Below, piece by piece: positions 1 through 9,669 of a DNA stretch of 64,000 nucleotides. A program made the position numbers and the translations under genes. Position 1 is the stretch's first letter. Every line of letters starts with the position of its first letter. The notes below the pieces were generated by a model, which was not told where the DNA came from, did not search any database, and was given only the letters and a program-made list of their open reading frames with translations. Origin of the DNA: a candidate division WWE3 bacterium RIFCSPHIGHO2_01_FULL_40_23 (GTDB lineage Bacteria > Patescibacteriota > WWE3 > UBA101185 > 2-01-FULL-41-18); contig MEUZ01000003.1 of the NCBI GenBank assembly GCA_001772615.1, forward strand, positions 286,433 to 350,432, in the 5' to 3' direction.

Positions 1-3000
1 ACTTTTGAAGGAAAAACATAATTGGATTTTGCCACAGATATTGAGTAGGCTCCGGGTTCCACAATGAACTCATACCTTCCGTAAATATCTGAAATACCCT
101 GAACCTGCTGGCCTGTTTTAGTGTCTTTTAAGGTAATAACAGCAGGATCAAGCGGTTGTTTGGTCACGGAATCGTAAACAACGCCCCAAGGATGCCTTTT
201 CTTTTTTAAGAGACCGAAAAGGGCATACGGTATATTGTAAATCGGTATTTTTGAGATTGCGGTAAGATATATTTGCGTGAAGTTGTAAACACTAGGCAGG
301 TTAAGAAGTGTTACGGAAGTAGCAAGGGTTAAGGCCGATGCCCATCTTTTTGCAAATGCATCGTCTATTGCGGTTACGGCTCTACCAAAAAGAGGAATCT
401 TTTTTAGGGAATCCACTGATCTTTTTATGAGTGTGGGTTTTCTTAGCTCTTCCTTGGTTTCTGGGACTAATGCAAATAGCTCACTTCCCGAAGTAGTTGT
501 TTCAAACTCATGCCTTGCGTCAAACACATAGTTTTTATTCTGGCTCATTACCTCATAGTAGTAAATGGTTCCCGGCTTTAATCCTGTTATCTTAAGTTTA
601 TGTTCAGTTGTCTTTTCTTTTGAATAAACATCCGACCCGTAGTCGTAGCTTAATCCGTAGTTTACCTTGCTTGTGGCATGATGATTTGTTTTCCAGTAAA
701 TAACAGCGTAGTCCGTACCTACTTCTATTACCTTTACATCACTGATTATGGTGGGATCCCTGTCAAACCACACCTCGGCGGTAATGACTATGTTTTCAAC
801 AAGTTGGTCTATTACAGGCTGTATGGGACTTAAAAGATTTCCCGCAAACTCAATTAGTTCGGCAGGAAGTAAAGAAATAGCATCAGCTAAACCATCGGCT
901 ACGGTAGTTACAACGGTTGTTACGGTATCTACGGTATCCCAATATAAATCGGTAACTGCATCTACCACGTCTTCAATGATGGGAGTAATGGGTTCAATTA
1001 TGGAAGGGGGGGGAGTTTCGGATGGTGTCACTGTTGGTGTGACGGTTTCTGAAGGAATTGGAGTTGGGGTAGGTGTTGGGGTAGGAACGGGCGGGGGTTC
1101 CGAGATGGTAAGGTTAAATGTCTTTGACTCCCCTTCATTATCAAGTTCGTCCTTTCCGGATAGAGTTATTCTGTAATCACCATAGGGCATATCTTCATTT
1201 ACCCTGTAAGAAAAATCCGAATATTTATCCGATGTGTTCTTGGTGTTATCCGTTACCTCTGATCCATCAGAGGAAAAGAAGGTATCGGAGATGTTGATGT
1301 TTGAGATAAGGAATGTTGAATAGGTTCCAAGAGCCCCCTTCTTTTCTATTGTCAGTTTAACTTCTTTAGGGCCGACGGCTACCTCATTCTGCTCGCTGTC
1401 CCCATTTAGCGGATCAGTTATCTTTCCGTAAAAGGTTGGCCTTTGGCTTGTTATGTCAAAGGAGCTTCCAGACGCGTTAGAGCTATCTACTCTATTTAGA
1501 TTTACCGTTGGGCCCGTGAGATCAACAAAGACTGTTGATGATTCAGTTCTATCGTTATCCGCATCATCTATAGCCTTGACAGTCCATCTTCTTTTACCTT
1601 CTTTAAGCTTTCCGTCATTTCCCGATCCCCATGATCCTGATGATTTGGTATAAAGGGATATCTTATCATCAGAGTCGGAGGAAGTATTAAAACCGCTGTA
1701 GGAAATTACATAGCTTGACGTCTTTTTATCTTTTGTTCCGCTAGGCTTGATGTTTTCTATCTTAAAGTCACCGCTTGCTCCGTTATCTACACTAAAGGTA
1801 TAACTGTCAAGACCGTCATCATCTATAGCACCTTCCCATTTAAAGGTTGGTCTTTGATCATTGATGTAAGACTTATCATCAGGAAGGATGAGATCAAAAG
1901 ATTCAGGGTCTGTAGTATCATCAGAAGTAGCCGGGCCTGTTATCAGTTTTGAGATAGTTGCGGCAAAGGCTTCATTTCCAAAGTTATCTATAGCCCATAT
2001 TCTAAAGTAGTATGTGCTGCCGGTTGTTAAGCCGGTTATTATGGTGGAGGTAGCTGAAACATTGGTTAAGTCTGTATCATCGCTGTTATCCCATTCTGAA
2101 GCCGTTCCACTCCTTGCTTCTACATCAGTCTGATTTGTTCCATACCATATTTCATAATGGTTAAAGTTAGCTTCCGTTGCTCCTGCCCAGGTGAGAGGAG
2201 CCGTAGTGGATGTGGAAGTAGCTGTTAAGCCGCTAAGTCCGGATGGATCAAGATTATCAACCTCAAAGGAAGAGGAGGTAGCCACCGAGCCATCTTCCGA
2301 GAAATCACTTGGAGTTACCCTAACTCTGATATCCGTCTGGTTGGTGTCATCTAAAGATCCGTTACCATTTGATGATGATTTGGTATCCCATACTACGGTT
2401 AAGGTAATACTCCCCGTGGATGTGTCTATGGGATTGGACTGACCTACCTGGTAAGTGTCGGAGTCACTAAGGCTAACTGATCCTCCCGAAGGAGTAGCGG
2501 ATACTAGATCCAAATCATACCAGCTTGTCCCTGCATCATCCGAGTATTCAACCTTAAGTCTTGTATCCTGGCTATCAGTTTCTGAAACCGTAGTAGAGAA
2601 TGTAATGTATCCTGTTCCATCAGTGGCTTGAGATATGGACGTGGGAGCTGTTGCCGAGGGTGCATTAAAGTCCCATCCTGTGTTATTTAAAGAGTTGGTG
2701 ATATTAAACCCCGAAGTTTCAATAAAAGTAGAATTGACATTGTAGTTATCTTTTACATCAAGGTAAGATATTGTTCTTGTTCCTTGAGGGTCTATCTGGG
2801 CTTGAGTGTCAGTTATGGAAGACCTTAGAGACAATAGGTTACCTAAAGTACCTGATAGATTCATAGTACCTGTAATAGTCTGGGCTACACTTGCAGGAAA
2901 GGTTAAGGTTCTAGCGGGTGTAGTTATGTTTTTAGTAAGGTTAGTAAAGATTGTAGTGCCTGAAATACTTTGGTCTCCCCCATCAAGCACTACACTACCG

Positions 3001-6000
3001 CTTCTTGGTGTAAAAGTATCCGAGTTGCTCCAGTCCCCTCCTACATTTATCTGGTTACTGACTCCGGATTTAGTGTCAAGTGTTCCCCCCGTTATGGTTA
3101 AATCGTCATCTACATCTAAAGGATCCTGAAGTTCAAGAGTTAAAGATCCACCCCCATCATTAATAGTAAGATCATTAAAGGAATCCCCACCGGATGTTAA
3201 CGTTTTGGTTCCGCTCGTCCCGTTAAAGTTAACCAAGCCCGAGTTATGGGTAAAGTTTGCAGAGTTGGTGAAGTTTCCTCCGATGTTTAAAGTTGTGGGA
3301 GAGACAAAAGTCCCACCGGAAACCGTAACGTTATCTGTTACTGTTCTGGAGGAAATAGCCATTGTAGTAAAACCTGCGGACAAAGCGTTCATTTCATTCT
3401 GGGTTAAGGCTCTGGTGTACACTCTTACTTCGTCTATTTGGCCGTCATAGTCATTTCCAGATTTATCCTCATCTATTCCTATCGAACTTCTCTGGCTGGC
3501 TGTGTTTGAAGTGGATGTTGCGGTAAAAGTTATCGTGCCCGTAGCGGATTGAGAGACACTGTTAAGATACATGGTAACGGTATCGTTGGTATAGTCTATA
3601 GTGCAAACAACGTGATACCAAAGACCGGTAATAAGATTGGTAGCAGAGGTAGTTTTGGTTTGAACTGCTTCAGTATCACCGGCGGAACCAAAGCACTGCA
3701 GTTCATCACCGCTTGTCGCAAATCCCGCGCGGGTATCGGCGGTGCTATCCCCTGTAGATAAGCCAAAGATCTGATCAACCCCGGAATTGGAGTCTTTTCT
3801 TATCCAGGCGGCCATGGTAAAGACACTAATATTTTGAGCGAGATTTAAGCTATCACCCATGTTGAGGTAATCTCCAGCTCCATCAAAGTCCATGGCAAAA
3901 GGGTTGGTGTCTTCTATGTCAGGGGCAGTTGCCGTAAAAACAGCGTTGGTCGGTGTAGCGGTATTATTGTTGGTAGATGAATCTTCCACTGTTCCACTCC
4001 CTTCATTCATTTTCCAGTACCCAACTTCGGAGCTAGTTAAAGTGTCCGACGTAGGTGCGTCAAGCGTGTCAGAGGCATCAGTGAATAACACAGTGAGATT
4101 TTTGTAGGGCCAATCCCTGATTGGGAATGATTCAGCCGATCCGTCTCCATCTCCTTTATATGTAACAGTGGTGCCTGTGTTGAGGGTAGGCGTTTCTATG
4201 GGATCTGAACCGACTAGTCTTAGAGTCCCCCCGTCTTCCACGGTAAAAGTTGAGCCGCAGTCAAAGGAATAGCCATTGGTGTCAAAAATGCCCTCAACAA
4301 CGGTGCAGGTCTGGCTACTGGTTCTAAAGCCGGAGATAAGAGATGCGGCGTTGGAGCCCGTTTTATTAATCCTTAGAACTGAGGAGAAAGTACCACCAGT
4401 CATGCTAAGTGTTTGAGCGGCCGATCCCGTGAGGTCAATGGTTAGGTTCGCCCCTCCAAAAGTCCCTCCTGTCTGCGAAAAATTGCCGGTGACTGTAAAG
4501 GAAACTGCGGACGCGGGGTTTAAAATAAGTGTGCCTATTACGGTTAAGTCACCCATGGCGCAACTATCGTTTAATGCAAGGTCATCCGATCCACCCTTGT
4601 TTATAGTCATAGAATCCCAGGTAACTGTGCCGCACGTTAAAGTGTCATCGCCGAGGGATGAATTTAAAGTTAAATCTATGCCGTCGGGAAGCACATTTCC
4701 GCTGTTATTAATGCTGTCAGTCACACTTAAGGTGGTAATACTGGGGAATGTACCCCCGTTAAGAGTCAGATTACCGGTGAGTGTAATGGTGGTGCCTGTC
4801 ATGATAAGTTCCGCACCAACGTTTGAGGTGTAGCTTCCGGTTGATGTCCAGTTCCCGGTGATGTTAATAGTGCCGTTGTTAGTTATGGCTCCTGAAGTTG
4901 AGGGATTGGTACCGGCTATGGGTATTATGCAACTACTAGTAAATGTAATACCATGCGTTGAAGCCTTACTCAAGGTTACGGAATTCCAGGTAACTGTTCC
5001 GCACGTTAAAGTGTCATCGCCGAGAGAATCAGTTAATGTCAAATCTATGCCGTTAGGGAGCAAATTTGTTGCGTTATAAAGGTCGCCGGCCACGCTTAAA
5101 GTGGTGATGCCTGCAGGGAAAGTGCCCCCGTTAAGAATTAAAGTCCCGGCGGTAATGGATGTACCTGTCACTGTCAGGAACGACCCAGCGTTTTGTGTGT
5201 AGGGTCCGCTGTGAGTCCAGTTACCAGTTATGTTAATGGTGCCGTTGTTTTTTAGAACCGCTGTTGTGGTTGGATTAGTGCCGGCTATGGGAAGTACGCA
5301 GCTGCTACCTATGTTCATGTCGTATTGTAAACCCTTGGATATAGTTACGGAATTCCAGGTAACTGTTCCGCAAGTCAAAGTATCATCACCGGAAGTATTG
5401 GTTAATGTTAAATCTATGCCATTGGGAAGCACATTGCCGGTGTTATTCAGGCTGTCACCTACGCTTAAAGTGGTGACACCTGCGGGGAAAGTACCTCCGT
5501 TAAGGGTGATTACTCCCCCCGTGAATGTAACAGAAGTACCTGTCATAATAAGGAACGCCCCTGTGTTTGATATATAACCCCCGTTGTGAGTCCAGTTACC
5601 AGTTATGTCAATAGTGCCGTTGTTTGTGATAGCTGCGGTGGTAGACGGATCTGTGCCTGCTATGGGGAATGTGCAGTTGCTTGAGATTGTGACAGAGTTT
5701 GAGGAGGAACCTTTACTGATATTTATGGCATTAAATGTGACTGAATTGCAGGAATAAACGGAGGTGGTAGTGCCATCAAAAGTTATTGTTCCACCGCCAG
5801 CGCTAAATACGGGGGAACCCGAGATGGTCAGGGAGGAGGAAATAGTCATTGTTTCGGAAGTGGCGGTAAAAGTTCCTGCAGATAGTGTGAAGGCTCCATT
5901 CAGGTCAATTGTTTGGGAGGTACTGTCAAAAGTACCGGCCGCCTGATCAAAGTTACTGGAACCGATTGCTAAACCCGTGTTTGCGGTAATGATACCCGTG

Positions 6001-6353
6001 TATCCGGAATTAATATCAATGCCTGCTACTGAACCCGCAAAGCCTGAATCAATGTTGGAGTTTTTGGTTGATGTTGAACTAAAAGTCGCGATGTCTGATG
6101 ACCCGGGTTGCGTATCATCTGACCAGTTAGCATCACATGACCACTTTTCCCCGTCTCCCACACCTCCCCCGCATGTACCATCTGTTCCCTCCCCATCCCA
6201 GGTTCTTACTACTGCGTAAGATTTCCCGGAATACAAAAGAAGTAAGAATATAAAAATACACAGAGCTGCAAAAAACCTTAAGCAGACGTTTACAAAATTA
6301 ATTTTTGCAAAAGCAAAAACACCGAAACTTAATCCGCGGTTAGAAAATTTCAT
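1..6353 (-). CDS. Giant secreted/surface protein (>2117 aa, 3' end beyond window): signal peptide, beta-strand-rich repeats, LamG/ConA-like domain, FN3/Ig-like domains, Pro-Thr linker, hydrophobic segment, carboxypeptidase-regulatory-like domain
   Basis: ATG at 6351-6353 reads MKFSNRG...LCIFIFLLLLYSGKSYA-VVRTWDG. The same frame at the window edge reads ...SDIYGRYEFIVEPGAYSISVAKSNYVFPSK. No minus ORF is listed in this frame, consistent with no in-window stop. LamG motifs GYWKMNEG...FTMAAWI...WYHVV...GQIDEVRVY at about 3400-4030. Confidence 0.88.
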   Translation of the reverse strand, partial: MKFSNRGLSFGVFAFAKINFVNVCLRFFAALCIFIFLLLLYSGKSYAVVRTWDGEGTDGTCGGGVGDGEKWSCDANWSDDTQPGSSDIATFSSTSTKNSNIDSGFAGSVAGIDINSGYTGIITANTGLAIGSSNFDQAAGTFDSTSQTIDLNGAFTLSAGTFTATSETMTISSSLTISGSPVFSAGGGTITFDGTTTSVYSCNSVTFNAINISKGSSSNSVTISSNCTFPIAGTDPSTTAAITNNGTIDITGNWTHNGGYISNTGAFLIMTGTSVTFTGGVITLNGGTFPAGVTTLSVGDSLNNTGNVLPNGIDLTLTNTSGDDTLTCGTVTWNSVTISKGLQYDMNIGSSCVLPIAGTNPTTTAVLKNNGTINITGNWTHSGPYTQNAGSFLTVTGTSITAGTLILNGGTFPAGITTLSVAGDLYNATNLLPNGIDLTLTDSLGDDTLTCGTVTWNSVTLSKASTHGITFTSSCIIPIAGTNPSTSGAITNNGTINITGNWTSTGSYTSNVGAELIMTGTTITLTGNLTLNGGTFPSITTLSVTDSINNSGNVLPDGIDLTLNSSLGDDTLTCGTVTWDSMTINKGGSDDLALNDSCAMGDLTVIGTLILNPASAVSFTVTGNFSQTGGTFGGANLTIDLTGSAAQTLSMTGGTFSSVLRINKTGSNAASLISGFRTSSQTCTVVEGIFDTNGYSFDCGSTFTVEDGGTLRLVGSDPIETPTLNTGTTVTYKGDGDGSAESFPIRDWPYKNLTVLFTDASDTLDAPTSDTLTSSEVGYWKMNEGSGTVEDSSTNNNTATPTNAVFTATAPDIEDTNPFAMDFDGAGDYLNMGDSLNLAQNISVFTMAAWIRKDSNSGVDQIFGLSTGDSTADTRAGFATSGDELQCFGSAGDTEAVQTKTTSATNLITGLWYHVVCTIDYTNDTVTMYLNSVSQSATGTITFTATSTSNTASQRSSIGIDEDKSGNDYDGQIDEVRVYTRALTQNEMNALSAGFTTMAISSRTVTDNVTVSGGTFVSPTTLNIGGNFTNSANFTHNSGLVNFNGTSGTKTLTSGGDSFNDLTINDGGGSLTLELQDPLDVDDDLTITGGTLDTKSGVSNQINVGGDWSNSDTFTPRSGSVVLDGGDQSISGTTIFTNLTKNITTPARTLTFPASVAQTITGTMNLSGTLGNLLSLRSSITDTQAQIDPQGTRTISYLDVKDNYNVNSTFIETSGFNITNSLNNTGWDFNAPSATAPTSISQATDGTGYITFSTTVSETDSQDTRLKVEYSDDAGTSWYDLDLVSATPSGGSVSLSDSDTYQVGQSNPIDTSTGSITLTVVWDTKSSSNGNGSLDDTNQTDIRVRVTPSDFSEDGSVATSSSFEVDNLDPSGLSGLTATSTSTTAPLTWAGATEANFNHYEIWYGTNQTDVEARSGTASEWDNSDDTDLTNVSATSTIITGLTTGSTYYFRIWAIDNFGNEAFAATISKLITGPATSDDTTDPESFDLILPDDKSYINDQRPTFKWEGAIDDDGLDSYTFSVDNGASGDFKIENIKPSGTKDKKTSSYVISYSGFNTSSDSDDKISLYTKSSGSWGSGNDGKLKEGKRRWTVKAIDDADNDRTESSTVFVDLTGPTVNLNRVDSSNASGSSFDITSQRPTFYGKITDPLNGDSEQNEVAVGPKEVKLTIEKKGALGTYSTFLISNINISDTFFSSDGSEVTDNTKNTSDKYSDFSYRVNEDMPYGDYRITLSGKDELDNEGESKTFNLTISEPPPVPTPTPTPTPIPSETVTPTVTPSETPPPSIIEPITPIIEDVVDAVTDLYWDTVDTVTTVVTTVADGLADAISLLPAELIEFAGNLLSPIQPVIDQLVENIVITAEVWFDRDPTIISDVKVIEVGTDYAVIYWKTNHHATSKVNYGLSYDYGSDVYSKEKTTEHKLKITGLKPGTIYYYEVMSQNKNYVFDARHEFETTTSGSELFALVPETKEELRKPTLIKRSVDSLKKIPLFGRAVTAIDDAFAKRWASALTLATSVTLLNLPSVYNFTQIYLTAISKIPIYNIPYALFGLLKKKRHPWGVVYDSVTKQPLDPAVITLKDTKTGQQVQGISDIYGRYEFIVEPGAYSISVAKSNYVFPSK
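4600..5720 (-). repeat. Three tandem 369-nt (123-aa) intragenic repeats
   Basis: Anchor gaat(c/t)ccaggtaactgt(g/t)ccgca occurs at 4612, 4981 and 5350, exactly 369 nt apart. Confidence 0.85.
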
Positions 6354-6401
6354 TTGTATTTAAATTTTACATGTGGACGACGGACATTTCCACCTCTATG
6401 A

Positions 6402-6484
6402 TGTCATTCTGGTGAAAGCCCAGAATCTAGGATTATAGATCCCGGGTCAAGCCCGGGATGACATGAAGTCAGTTCAGGATGACA
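6402..6484. repeat. TGTCAT-tagged REP-like palindromic dimer plus partial copy
   Basis: tgtcattctgg...ccagaatc...gatcccgggtcaagcccgggatgaca (6402-6463), followed by agttcaggatgaca. Confidence 0.75.
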
Positions 6485-6496
6485 AGCGATGCGGAT

Positions 6497-6808
6497 TCAA
6501 GAAGGCTCGTCAAACTTACTTCGTTGATAATTTGGGATAATTAACCTTTTAGAACTCTTTTTTAATACGGCCCAGTTTAAAGCATTCACAACCGCAGCCG
6601 AAGCTTTTAATCCCGTAAAAGAACCCGGACCTTCATTCATCTCAAAAGAAGTGATATCGATAACTTCAAGTTTATTTTTTCTAAAAAGTTTCTCAAGAGA
6701 TGAAACTACATCAATACTCCCCAAGATTTCATCCAAAACCTTATTATCTTTATACAAGATCACTTTATCATTTCCTCTTTCAGTACAATCAATGTAAATC
6801 CGATACAT
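6497..6808 (-). CDS. tsaB: tRNA t6A biosynthesis protein TsaB, short form
   Basis: IDCT N-terminus and GPGSFTGLK motif; adjacent to tsaE. Confidence 0.85.
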   Translation of the reverse strand: MYRIYIDCTERGNDKVILYKDNKVLDEILGSIDVVSSLEKLFRKNKLEVIDITSFEMNEGPGSFTGLKASAAVVNALNWAVLKKSSKRLIIPNYQRSKFDEPS

Positions 6809-7226
6809 TTATCCTCCTTTTGTTTTTTCCCATAACTTCAAATTCAACTTTTATGAAGCCTCTTGGTAAATAACTCTCAATTAGTTTGGGCCACTCAATC
6901 ACCATAACCGAATCCCTGCTCCCGATTACATCCAAAACCCCAAGGTTTAAAATCTCCGAAGCCTCCGTAATCCTGTATAGATCCACATGATTAATAACAC
7001 TAATTCTTTCTTTCTTGCTAACGTTTTTGTAATGTCGCATAAGAACGAAGGTTGGGCTTATCACGGAAGCTTTTATTCCGAAAGCCTTAACAAGCCCTTT
7101 AACAAAAGTCGTTTTTCCGGAGCCAAGATCTCCATATAAAGTTAAGACTTCCCCACCCTTTAAAGATGAAGCTATTCTAAAAGCCAGCTTTTCAGTTTCG
7201 CTGGAAGAATTGGAAATAATTTCCAT
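6789..7226 (-). CDS. tsaE: tRNA t6A biosynthesis ATPase TsaE
   Basis: GDLGSGKT P-loop, SPTF, HVDLYR and IEWP motifs. Confidence 0.95.
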   Translation of the reverse strand: MEIISNSSSETEKLAFRIASSLKGGEVLTLYGDLGSGKTTFVKGLVKAFGIKASVISPTFVLMRHYKNVSKKERISVINHVDLYRITEASEILNLGVLDVIGSRDSVMVIEWPKLIESYLPRGFIKVEFEVMGKNKRRINVSDLH

Positions 7227-7549
7227 AAAATAAACCCCGTTGTTAAACTTGCAATACTATCTATTAGAACGTCACTCACTTTGCCAGTTCTTGTCGGAGT
7301 GAGGTTTTGGTGAAGTTCGTCAGTCAGTGCAAAAATAACGGCAAGACCCGCAGATACAAAAGCGTTTTTGCTTCCTCTGTAATAAGTTAAAACAAGAATG
7401 GAGTATTCAATAACATGAAGCGTTTTTCTTATTAAAAAGTCAGCTCCTTTGGTTTTCGCAAAATCAGCCCCTGGAAGAGATGAGAGAACAAAGATAAAAA
7501 CACTCCAGAAAATTGCGGGAAGCCATAATCTCACGAACTTAGCATTCAC
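7172..7549 (-). CDS. VanZ family membrane protein
   Basis: IFVLSS...RKTLHVIEY...DELHQ...R...DVLID pattern. Confidence 0.85.
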   Translation of the reverse strand: MNAKFVRLWLPAIFWSVFIFVLSSLPGADFAKTKGADFLIRKTLHVIEYSILVLTYYRGSKNAFVSAGLAVIFALTDELHQNLTPTRTGKVSDVLIDSIASLTTGFILWKLFPILPAKLKSWLLE

Positions 7550-7564
7550 CCCGCCATTCTACCA

Positions 7565-8785
7565 TCAGCGGATGTGGAAGTAATAACTTATAACACCACC
7601 TCCATGCTCAATGGCCGCGTAATTCATGGAGGAGCCGTAACAGCCCGCAGTGCCCTTTACAATCCTTCCGTCATCAGGAGCGTATATATAAGTGTTTGAA
7701 GAAACCATGTCTATTCCCGTATGCTTTCCGCCCGAATATCTCCATGACCACGGCGTTTTTCCATAGCGCTGTGTAACTTCCGCGTTTTTCATAGGCCATT
7801 CCCATTTGCCTGATCCTATCGTTTTGTATCCGCTTGAATAATCATCAACATAAACGCTTTTTGACTTTAAGTAACTTTCCGCGTTTACAACGGAGCCGTT
7901 TTTCCTGACTTCAAAATGAAGATGCGCCCCCGTTGAGCAGTTTGGATAACCACTGTTTCCCATCACGGCTATTACGTCACCTTTATCAACTTTGGAGCCA
8001 TTAGCAAAATTTACACTTTTAACCGCGCCTTCTATCGCATCTAGCTCCGCCTTGGCCTTACTTAAAAGTTCCTGGTAAGTTGCCTCGTCTCCTCTCGTCT
8101 GCGCCAAAAGTGAATCTTTTTCGCGCTTTTGCACACTAAGCGAAGCATTATAACCCTCAAGATTAGCTCTTTCAATTTCTATCTTTTTCTTAACCTCTTC
8201 AACCTTAGTCTTCTTTTCCTCAAGGGTTGTCTTTTGGATTTCATAGTTGGTTTTGGTATCTTTAAGCTGATTAATCAACCTTTTATCATTCTTTTCTATA
8301 ACTTTTATATACTGGGCTTTTAACACAAAATCGTTTACGTCAAGATTAAAAAAATACTCAAGCGGTGAAATCGTTTCAAGCTTGTATCTTGATTTAATCC
8401 TTTCATTAAAAAGAAGCGACTGGTAATTCATCGCGATTCTTAACTTTTCTATCCTCTCTCCTATTTCTCCAATTGATTCTTCAAGACTTTTAAGTTCACT
8501 CTCCCTAAGCAAAATATTCTTATTCGCTTCTTGAATTTTAAGAAGAATTAAATTTATCTGATCATCAAGGGAACTAATCTGATTCTGAAGAGTTTTTTCT
8601 TTTCCCTGCAGGTCTTTAATTTTTTTCTCATACTCTTTTATTTTTTTCTTAAGATCATCCGTATCGTCGTCATCACTGCTTTGCCCAATCGCGTGATACT
8701 TAACATCATGAGCAGAAACTTTCCAAAAGCCAAAGTTAAATATTAGAAAAAGAAAAACAGGAATGAAAACCGATTTTTTTAGCAT
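7565..8785 (-). CDS. Coiled-coil + M23 peptidoglycan endopeptidase (EnvC/CwlO-like position), M23 domain circularly permuted
   Basis: Signal peptide, long coiled coil, then STGAHLHFEV followed by HTGID; directly downstream of ftsX. Confidence 0.88.
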   Translation of the reverse strand: MLKKSVFIPVFLFLIFNFGFWKVSAHDVKYHAIGQSSDDDDTDDLKKKIKEYEKKIKDLQGKEKTLQNQISSLDDQINLILLKIQEANKNILLRESELKSLEESIGEIGERIEKLRIAMNYQSLLFNERIKSRYKLETISPLEYFFNLDVNDFVLKAQYIKVIEKNDKRLINQLKDTKTNYEIQKTTLEEKKTKVEEVKKKIEIERANLEGYNASLSVQKREKDSLLAQTRGDEATYQELLSKAKAELDAIEGAVKSVNFANGSKVDKGDVIAVMGNSGYPNCSTGAHLHFEVRKNGSVVNAESYLKSKSVYVDDYSSGYKTIGSGKWEWPMKNAEVTQRYGKTPWSWRYSGGKHTGIDMVSSNTYIYAPDDGRIVKGTAGCYGSSMNYAAIEHGGGVISYYFHIR

Positions 8786-8790
8786 AAGGG

Positions 8791-9669
8791 TTAATATTTA
8801 AGATATTTTCTGATAGCAAGGGCGCTTCCTATATACCCAAGGGCAATTCCGAAGATAAGCTCAATAAAAAGCATTGAGAAAAGCACTGTTGCATTAAGAT
8901 TTATAGTTCCGGCGCTTCTAAACAAAGAGTTTAAAATAGGAACTATAAAAGGGAGCGCTATAAAAATAATTACAGTTGAGATAAAGGCCGCTGTAATACC
9001 GTAAAAAACACCCTGAAGAATTAGAGGGCCTTTTACATATTTATCGGTTGCTCCCACAAGCTTTAAAATTTCAACCTCAAGGCCTTTACCATGTATTGTT
9101 ATCCCAATTGTCATTAAAACGGTTGAAATAGAAACAAGAAAAAGCACCGATAAATAAACAAGAGAAGAAACTCTGACAATTGTCACCCATTTCTTAAACT
9201 TATCAATTACATCTTTGTAAAATCGTACGTCATCAACATTTTCCATTTTAGAAAATTCATCGGCTAAAGGGGAAAGCTGTGAAAGCTCTTTGGCTTTTAT
9301 TTCCAGACTCGCGGGAAGCGGATTTGTCGTAACCGATTCAAGAAGTGCAGGCTGATCTTTTGATATTTCAGTAAAGATTTTTAATGCGTCTTCTTTTGAA
9401 ACATACCTAACTGATTGGACTCTTTCATCCTTTTCATATTTTTCTTTAAGCTTTAATATATCCTCTCTTGCCATTACATCCGAAAAAAACACGCTTATTT
9501 GGGCTTTGTCGGAAAGATAATTAAGAGCTTTATGCGAAAAATACAAGGATAGAACAAAAAGATTTAATGAGAGAAATGTTATCGTAAGCATTGCAACTGC
9601 GCTTGCCGCGATATAAGGCTCCCTTGATAAATTGCTTTTTAAAACTTTTATAGTTCTGTCAAACTTCAT
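8791..9669 (-). CDS. ftsX: Cell division permease FtsX
   Basis: Four-TM layout, NPLPASLEI and LVGAT motifs; follows ftsE. Confidence 0.92.
   Translation of the reverse strand: MKFDRTIKVLKSNLSREPYIAASAVAMLTITFLSLNLFVLSLYFSHKALNYLSDKAQISVFFSDVMAREDILKLKEKYEKDERVQSVRYVSKEDALKIFTEISKDQPALLESVTTNPLPASLEIKAKELSQLSPLADEFSKMENVDDVRFYKDVIDKFKKWVTIVRVSSLVYLSVLFLVSISTVLMTIGITIHGKGLEVEILKLVGATDKYVKGPLILQGVFYGITAAFISTVIIFIALPFIVPILNSLFRSAGTINLNATVLFSMLFIELIFGIALGYIGSALAIRKYLKY

Noticed and set aside
4600-5720. Regularly spaced repeats as a possible CRISPR array
   Set aside because: The 369-nt period is in frame, the whole unit is similar, and there are no unique spacers or cas genes
748-6219. Numerous plus-strand ORFs of 60-142 aa
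   Set aside because: Antisense shadows of the giant Thr/Ser/Gly-rich minus-strand gene
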